Shown: in pieces, positions 26,294 through 32,000 of the stretch
How the letters are laid out: each line of letters opens with the position of its first letter
How positions within the stretch are numbered: position 1 is the stretch's first letter
From: Nitrosococcus oceani ATCC 19707
GTDB lineage: Bacteria; Pseudomonadota; Gammaproteobacteria; Nitrosococcales; Nitrosococcaceae
Reading direction: 5' to 3'
Assembly (NCBI RefSeq): GCF_000012805.1
Contig: NC_007484.1
Span: 1,500,001 to 1,532,000 of the forward strand
DNA length: 32,000 bases
Translations under genes and position numbers: made by a program
Notes under the pieces: model-generated
Told to the model about the DNA's origin: nothing
What the model saw: only the letters and a program-made list of their open reading frames with translations
Database searches by the model: none

Positions 26294-26674
26294 ATGCCAA
26301 AAAATAATTATCGTTACTATGTTCAGGATTTACATATCATTGATTCCGAGAGCACTCCACCAAGGCAGGTTTATATCCGAGAAATATTGGATAGTACTAG
26401 CGCTGAGTTTAGAATGTGCAAGCTTAGTGCAGAAGAAAGGCTAAATATTATTGCTGAATTAGGATTGGATCATTTAACGCGAATACTGCATGAATGTTAT
26501 AAATCTAAAGGGGTAGAATCAATGCCGAGCTATAATGCCGAGCAGGACAGCGGCTTTGCCTTTTTGAATCTTCGGAAAACGGCTGGTGAAATTGATCAGC
26601 ATGAATACGCACACCTACTTAAGGCTTTAATAGGCATGCCTTCTCCTTCATCTAGCCTACGCCGGGATCAATAA
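26294..26674 (+). CDS. Hypothetical protein (AT-rich ORFan)
   Basis: The ATG at 26294 follows GGAGG by 8 nt. 126 aa with no recognisable motifs. The gene and its upstream spacer are visibly more AT-rich than the surroundings. Confidence 0.5.
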   Translation: MPKNNYRYYVQDLHIIDSESTPPRQVYIREILDSTSAEFRMCKLSAEERLNIIAELGLDHLTRILHECYKSKGVESMPSYNAEQDSGFAFLNLRKTAGEIDQHEYAHLLKALIGMPSPSSSLRRDQ

Positions 26675-26772
26675 TAAGCGCCTATCGGCGGGAAGCTGGG
26701 CTCGCGTTATACTTAGCAAAATTTGCTGTGCTGTACGGCAAGCTGTTTTACCTATAATTTAAGGAATCCCCT

Positions 26773-28041
26773 ATGGCTTATGACAAGATTTCCCTTCCCT
26801 CCGATGGTCAACCTATCACCGTTAAAGAGGACTTTAGCCTTGAAGTTCCCGCCCGCCCGATCATTCCTTTTATTGAAGGCGATGGGATTGGGGTGGATAT
26901 CACTCCGGTAATGCGCCAGGTCGTTGATAAAGCGGTTGCCGTGGCCTATAGGGGAGAGCGCTCCCTGGCCTGGACCGAAGTATATGCGGGGGAAAAGGCA
27001 ACGCGTATTTACGGCGCCGATGAATGGTTGCCGGCGGAGACCTTGGATGCTCTGCGGCAATTTGTGGTGTCTATCAAGGGACCTCTCACTACGCCAGTAG
27101 GCAAGGGTATCCGTTCTTTAAATGTGACGATTCGCCAGGTATTGGATCTCTATGCTTGTATCCGACCCATCCGTTATTTTCCGGGGACGCCAAGCCCTCT
27201 GGCCGATCCTTCCCGCACCCATATGGTGGTGTTTCGTGAGAATACCGAAGATATCTATGCCGGTATCGAGTGGCCAGCCCAATCGCCGGAGACGAAAAAG
27301 GTTATTGGATTTCTGCGGCAAGAGATGGACGTGGAGAAAATTCGTTTTCCGGAAAGCTCCGGCATTGGCATTAAGCCGGTATCCCAGGAAGGCTCCCAGC
27401 GTCTGATCCGTAAGGCCCTACAATACGCCATTGATAATGATCGCCGTTCGGTGACTCTGGTGCACAAAGGCAACATCATGAAGTTTACCGAAGGGGCCTT
27501 CCGTGACTGGGGTTATACGCTGGCCCAGGAAGCTTTTGGCGCCCGCCCCATTGATGGGGGTCCCTGGTGTGAGTTCGCTTCTCCTGAAAGCGGAGAAAAA
27601 ATTATTGTCAAAGACGCCATTGCCGACAACTTTCTGCAGCAAATTCTGCTCCGTCCCGAGGAGTATGATGTCATTGCCACACTTAATCTCAACGGGGATT
27701 ATATCTCCGATGCGCTAGCAGCCCAGGTGGGGGGAATTGGGATGGCGCCGGGGGCGAATATGGGGGATAGGGTTGCCGTGTTCGAGGCGACCCACGGGAC
27801 TGCGCCTAAATATGCAGGCCAGGATAGGGTCAACCCTAGCAGCATTATTCTTTCGGGGGAGATGATGTTGCGCCATCTCGGCTGGAATGAGGCGGCTGAT
27901 CTGATTATTCAGGGTATTTCGGATGCCTTGGCTACTAAGACGGTGACCTATGACTTGGCCCGATTGATGGAAGGCGCAACTCAAGTCTCGTGCTCTGGCT
28001 TTGGGACGGCCATTATGAAGCACATGGTAGATCCTGCTTAG
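26773..28041 (+). CDS. icd: NADP-dependent isocitrate dehydrogenase
   Basis: 422 aa, near-colinear with E. coli Icd as I recall it ([34 protein letters not shown] including the regulatory Ser position, [14 protein letters not shown]). Confidence 0.95.
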   Translation: MAYDKISLPSDGQPITVKEDFSLEVPARPIIPFIEGDGIGVDITPVMRQVVDKAVAVAYRGERSLAWTEVYAGEKATRIYGADEWLPAETLDALRQFVVSIKGPLTTPVGKGIRSLNVTIRQVLDLYACIRPIRYFPGTPSPLADPSRTHMVVFRENTEDIYAGIEWPAQSPETKKVIGFLRQEMDVEKIRFPESSGIGIKPVSQEGSQRLIRKALQYAIDNDRRSVTLVHKGNIMKFTEGAFRDWGYTLAQEAFGARPIDGGPWCEFASPESGEKIIVKDAIADNFLQQILLRPEEYDVIATLNLNGDYISDALAAQVGGIGMAPGANMGDRVAVFEATHGTAPKYAGQDRVNPSSIILSGEMMLRHLGWNEAADLIIQGISDALATKTVTYDLARLMEGATQVSCSGFGTAIMKHMVDPA

Positions 28042-28059
28042 CTGTTGTTTCCGCTACCT

Positions 28060-29241
28060 ATGGAAAATAGGGACTCGACGGAACAGCAATTGCGTACCGA
28101 AGCCGATGCCCTGTGCCGGGATCATCGCTTCAGGCGGGCGATTTGGGATCACTTTCAGCGGCCAGGTAATAAAAGCATGGGGATGGCGCTCAATACCGCG
28201 ATCCATCCCAATGATCAAATGCTTATCCATTCACTGCGCCACCATCGGGATCCCAATGCGGCCTTGAGTCAGTATTACAATGTGGCGCTGCAGCAACATT
28301 TTGCCGCCCAACAGATTCTGCAAGCCTTTTTTCCAAACCCTGGGCCAGATTTCGCTTTTCTAGATTTTGCCTGTGGATTTGGCCGGTTAGTTCGATTGCT
28401 GACTCTCAGTTTGCCCGCAGCTAATATCTGGGTCGCGGAAATACAAAAAGATGCCCTTGCTTTTGTCACCCAAACATTCAATGTTCAGGCACTGGAGTCC
28501 AGTGCCAGTCCGGAGCAATTCCAAGCCGGGAGGAAATTTGATTTTATTTGGGTGGCTTCTCTTTTCTCCCACCTGCCGCCAGGGCTATTCCAGCGCTGGC
28601 TGGAGCGGCTTCTGTCCTTGCTGAACCCAAGTGGCATTCTCTGTTTCAGCGTCCATGATCAAGCGCTTTTGCCTGTGGGAGTCGGCCTGCCGGAGGTAGG
28701 TATTCTATTTAATCCCCACAGTGAAAATGCTGAATTGGACCCTAAAACGTATGGTACCACCTTCGTCGGCGAAGATTTTGTAAAGCGTGCCATCCACGAG
28801 GTAAGCGGTGAGGGCCATCCCTATTTTCGTATTCCCAAGGGGTTGGCCCAGGAGCAGGATCTCTATGTGGTGGCTAAATCTTCGAGTTTGAATCTATCAG
28901 GATTGCAAGCCTTTCGTTATGGTCCCTGGGGCTGGGTGGATGAGCGGCGTATTTTAGAGTCGGGTGAGTTATATCTGCGTGGCTGGGCTGCCTCTCTGGA
29001 TGATGGGGTATTGCCTGCCGTTGAGATCAAGGTCAATGGAACTTTTCATCGCTGCCCTACCGGGTTGCAGCGCAAGGATGTCTGTCAGGTTTTTAGGGAT
29101 GATCGTTTAGAATCCGCTGGCTGGGAGTTTAGCTATCCGCTGGATAGTAAAATACGGGAAGTTTGGGTAGAAGTCACGGCGAGGACAATTGCTAACGAAA
29201 GGGCCTTGCTCTACGGAGGAAGCCTTTCCCGTTCAAGCTGA
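28060..29241 (+). CDS. Class I SAM-dependent methyltransferase with an uncharacterised C-terminal domain
   Basis: Motif I FLDFACGFGR and post-I/II spacing typical of Methyltransf_11/23-type enzymes. The C-terminal domain of about 130 aa is unassigned. Start is uncertain (TTG 28045, ATG 28060). Confidence 0.7.
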   Translation: MENRDSTEQQLRTEADALCRDHRFRRAIWDHFQRPGNKSMGMALNTAIHPNDQMLIHSLRHHRDPNAALSQYYNVALQQHFAAQQILQAFFPNPGPDFAFLDFACGFGRLVRLLTLSLPAANIWVAEIQKDALAFVTQTFNVQALESSASPEQFQAGRKFDFIWVASLFSHLPPGLFQRWLERLLSLLNPSGILCFSVHDQALLPVGVGLPEVGILFNPHSENAELDPKTYGTTFVGEDFVKRAIHEVSGEGHPYFRIPKGLAQEQDLYVVAKSSSLNLSGLQAFRYGPWGWVDERRILESGELYLRGWAASLDDGVLPAVEIKVNGTFHRCPTGLQRKDVCQVFRDDRLESAGWEFSYPLDSKIREVWVEVTARTIANERALLYGGSLSRSS

Positions 29242-29304
29242 CTGAACGGCGAGAGATAAAAAATCAACGCTCCTAAAAAAGGTGTGCGGTAGAGGAAATT
29301 CATC

Positions 29305-30372
29305 ATGAAAATGATACTAATAATACTTGCTCTTGTGCTTATTATTGCCACCCTTACGCCTCTGATTCGACGCCATGAATGGTGGATACGTGTCTTTGAT
29401 TTTCCCCGGTTGCAAATCCTAATTATGGGCTTATTAGTGTTTGCGGTTTTTTTCTTCTTGTGGGATAAACAAAATATATTTGAAGGGATAACGCTTGTTG
29501 TTCTCGCGGCGGCGCTTCTCTTTCAGGGTTATAAAATACTTCCCCATACTTTCTTTGCGGCTAAGCAGGTCCGCGGTACCTCTGCTGACACGCCGGGCAA
29601 TACGATTTCTTTACTGATCGCGAATGTGTTGATGGGTAATCGGAATGTTCAGCGCTTCTTGGCAATAGTGCGGGAGGCTGACGCTGACGTTGTATTGATG
29701 TTAGAACCAGATCAATGGTGGGAGGAACAAGTTCGGGAGTTGGAGGTTAAATATGCCTATACCGTAAAAAAACCTTTAGATAACCGCTATGGGATGTTGT
29801 TGTATTCCAAATTTGAACTGGTAGCTCCCGAGATAAAGTTTTTGCTTAAAGAAGGGATTCCTTCTATCCATACTGAGGTGAAATTGCCTTCAGGACAGTT
29901 AGTTCGGATGCATTGTCTTCACCCGGAACCCCCGTCTCCCACGGAAGCCGACACTTCTGTTAATCGGGACGCGGAGTTGCTGATTGTGGGTAGAGAAGTA
30001 AAAAATAGCGAACAGCCAGTGATTGTAGCGGGTGATCTTAACGATGTCGCTTGGTCCTATACTACCACGCTTTTTCAGAAAACAAGCGGACTACTTGATC
30101 CCCGCATCGGCCGCGGGATGTTTAACTCCTATAATGCCAAGCATCCCTTAATGCGCTGGCCTCTTGACCACCTTTTTCATTCAGAAGATTTTCTTCTGGT
30201 AAGGATAGCCCGGATGCCGGCCTTTGGGTCCGATCATTTTCCTATCTATATTAAGCTTAGTCTTAACTCCAACGCCGAAAATCTCCAGGAGTCGCCTGAA
30301 GAGCCGGATGCCGAAGATAAAGAATTTACAGCGGATACGCTCCAAAAGGTAGAGCAGAAAGAAGAAATTTAA
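29305..30372 (+). CDS. Membrane-anchored endonuclease/exonuclease/phosphatase (EEP) family protein
   Basis: GAGGAA RBS, three N-terminal TM helices, and an EEP core (LLIANVL..N, LMLEPD, GDLND, GSDHFPI). Confidence 0.8.
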   Translation: MKMILIILALVLIIATLTPLIRRHEWWIRVFDFPRLQILIMGLLVFAVFFFLWDKQNIFEGITLVVLAAALLFQGYKILPHTFFAAKQVRGTSADTPGNTISLLIANVLMGNRNVQRFLAIVREADADVVLMLEPDQWWEEQVRELEVKYAYTVKKPLDNRYGMLLYSKFELVAPEIKFLLKEGIPSIHTEVKLPSGQLVRMHCLHPEPPSPTEADTSVNRDAELLIVGREVKNSEQPVIVAGDLNDVAWSYTTTLFQKTSGLLDPRIGRGMFNSYNAKHPLMRWPLDHLFHSEDFLLVRIARMPAFGSDHFPIYIKLSLNSNAENLQESPEEPDAEDKEFTADTLQKVEQKEEI

Positions 30373-31523
30373 TCTTCATAGGAGCCTTTTCCCATCAGTT
30401 CGCCGAGGGACGTTAGATTTTCCACATGATCGCAGCAAACTTTGATGATGATCAGAATGGGGGTGGCGACAATGAGTCCGATAGGTCCCCATAGCCAGCC
30501 CCAAAATAGGAGACCTATAAAGACCACAACGGCATTGATGCTGGAGGTGCGGCTGGTCAACCAAGGGGTAAGCCAGTTGCCTTGAATGCCAGTAATGAGG
30601 AGAGAGGCAGCGCCTACCCCAAGTCCCATCGTGATCGTGCCAAATTGCACCAGGGCCACGATTGTGGTGGCGGCGAACACCACGGCCGGCCCCAGGTAGG
30701 GCACCGTGCTTGCTACCCCGGCAATGAGTCCCCAAAGCGCTGCTTGTTCTAGCCCAATCCATAGGAAGGCGCCCCAAGTGGCTAGCCCCACGAAAACGCC
30801 TGAAATCACCAGCACAAATAAATGGCGGCGGATCTGCATGTTAATATCATCCAGGATTTGCACCGTCACCTTTTTTTCGGAGAGGGTGGGGCCTGTGATC
30901 TTCACCAGCTTGCGTTTGTAGGTATCGCCAGAAACCAAGAACAACAGCACCAGCATGACGACTGTGGCCAACTGCGCGAGGAAGGCCAAAACCCCCAGTG
31001 AACCCCACCAGACATATTCTCCCAGCTTGAGTCCTGGCTCCACGATTTCCACCTTCATGACTCCCGGCTTGCTAGAGGTAGCGTTGTCATCTGCGGATTT
31101 AGTTGCTTCTTGTATTTTTTCTGCGGCCTCCTGAACTTTTTTGATGACTCCTTCACGGGAGTCGGCGGGTTTAACTTGCATGGAATGGCGTAGCGTTTGC
31201 ACCGCTTGGGGGATCTTATCCAGAAGCACCATAGCTTGGTCTCTAAGGGTATAGCTACCATAGCCCAGGAGTCCTATAAACAGCATTACCAGTAGCGTTG
31301 CCCCCAGCCAGCGGGGCACTTTAAGCCGTTCCAGGGCGCTGACTATGGGGTCCAGGGAATAGCTTACTAATATGCTGAACACCAATGGCACCAATACTGC
31401 CTGGGTCCACTGTAACATCAGGATCGTGGCAAATAGAGCGAGCAGCGCCAGCGCGGTGCTGCGGACATCAATGGGTCCGGCTACTGCGGAGGAGGGCGAC
31501 GATTCTTGGGAATCTGATGGCAT
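30369..31523 (-). CDS. AI-2E family transporter (PerM/YhhT-like permease)
   Basis: 384-aa polytopic ORF with an AI-2E-like layout: a central soluble insertion and a C-terminal conserved VPYLGP...GLLFWGWLWGPIGL motif. Confidence 0.85.
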   Translation of the reverse strand: MPSDSQESSPSSAVAGPIDVRSTALALLALFATILMLQWTQAVLVPLVFSILVSYSLDPIVSALERLKVPRWLGATLLVMLFIGLLGYGSYTLRDQAMVLLDKIPQAVQTLRHSMQVKPADSREGVIKKVQEAAEKIQEATKSADDNATSSKPGVMKVEIVEPGLKLGEYVWWGSLGVLAFLAQLATVVMLVLLFLVSGDTYKRKLVKITGPTLSEKKVTVQILDDINMQIRRHLFVLVISGVFVGLATWGAFLWIGLEQAALWGLIAGVASTVPYLGPAVVFAATTIVALVQFGTITMGLGVGAASLLITGIQGNWLTPWLTSRTSSINAVVVFIGLLFWGWLWGPIGLIVATPILIIIKVCCDHVENLTSLGELMGKGSYED

Positions 31524-31667
31524 CGTATGGCGGTTATTTATGGTGAAAATGACAACTGTAACAGATAAATCGATAAAATTATTGCTTATATCCCCCTAGT
31601 ATATTCTACGGGTAAGGAAATTTTCTGTTCTTTTGCCAATATTCAGATTGACTATCCGCGCAAGGCT

Positions 31668-31707
31668 CTGGATGATCGTGTCAAGGTCTCCGAGCGAGAC
31701 CATCCAG
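31668..31707 (+). promoter_or_regulatory. Nested inverted repeat in the cbpA leader (ctggatg...ggtctc-cgagc-gagacc-catccag)
   Basis: A 6-bp inner stem with a 5-nt loop is stacked on a 7-bp outer stem with a 10-nt one-sided internal loop. It ends 30 nt upstream of the ATG at 31738. Confidence 0.3.
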
Positions 31708-31737
31708 GTGGAAATGCAAGGGGATAGATGAGGCATC

Positions 31738-32000
31738 ATGGAATTTAAAGACTACTACCAAATCATGGACATCAAGCGCGATGCCACGCAGGATGAGATC
31801 AAGCGCGCCTACCGCAAGCTGGCGCGCAAATACCACCCGGACGTCAGCAAGGAGCCGGAAGCTGAGGTGCGTTTCAAGGAAGTTGGCGAGGCTTACGAGG
31901 TGCTCAAGGACCCGGAGAAACGCGCCGCCTATGACCAGTTGGGCGCCAACTGGAAGGAGGGCCAGGATTTCCGGCCGCCACCAGACTGGGATCAGGGATT
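31738..32000 (+). CDS. cbpA: Curved-DNA-binding DnaJ-class co-chaperone CbpA, 5' partial (J domain)
   Basis: The ATG at 31738 gives [69 protein letters not shown], a J domain with HPD that lacks the DnaJ N-terminal style. The frame is open to the window end, so it is absent from the ORF track. Confidence 0.85.
   Translation, partial: MEFKDYYQIMDIKRDATQDEIKRAYRKLARKYHPDVSKEPEAEVRFKEVGEAYEVLKDPEKRAAYDQLGANWKEGQDFRPPPDWDQG

Noticed and set aside
30376-30777. 133-aa alternative-frame ORF within the AI-2E transporter gene
   Set aside because: It is out of frame with a strongly supported membrane protein CDS, and its translation is His/Arg/Gly-rich and non-membrane. It is a shadow ORF.

Overview
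About 50% GC chromosomal segment with gammaproteobacterial-type housekeeping genes. I cannot name the organism from sequence alone. It is mostly core genes: an OmpR-type two-component system followed by PqaA-like and ChaN/PDZ exported proteins, then ycgN, pilU, an AEC transporter, a CinA-like protein, helicase yoaA, a BASS symporter, a PIG-L deacetylase, a Ycf46-like AAA+ ATPase, a lipase-like hydrolase, a redoxin, icd, a SAM methyltransferase, an EEP phosphoesterase, an AI-2E transporter and the 5' part of cbpA. The most interesting part is a central accessory islet (about 13.6-18.2 kb) between the BASS symporter and PIG-L genes. It holds a TnpB-only IS200/IS605-like element whose C-terminal Zn-finger/RuvC-III region looks decayed. 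Next to it is a compact restriction-modification-like pair: a 746-aa Zn-ribbon (COG1743/DUF1156-like) methyltransferase abutted to a small PD-(D/E)xK nuclease gene split by a frameshift at an A9 tract. Other points are an orphan HEPN-motif (RNEAGH) protein, a second degraded tnpB 3'-end remnant abutting ycgN, a compositionally mosaic spacer upstream of icd, an unannotated 31-aa membrane peptide ORF, and three convergent gene pairs with overlapping 3' ends. I saw no rRNA, tRNA or CRISPR array. All family assignments come from reading motifs by eye and need HMM/BLAST confirmation.
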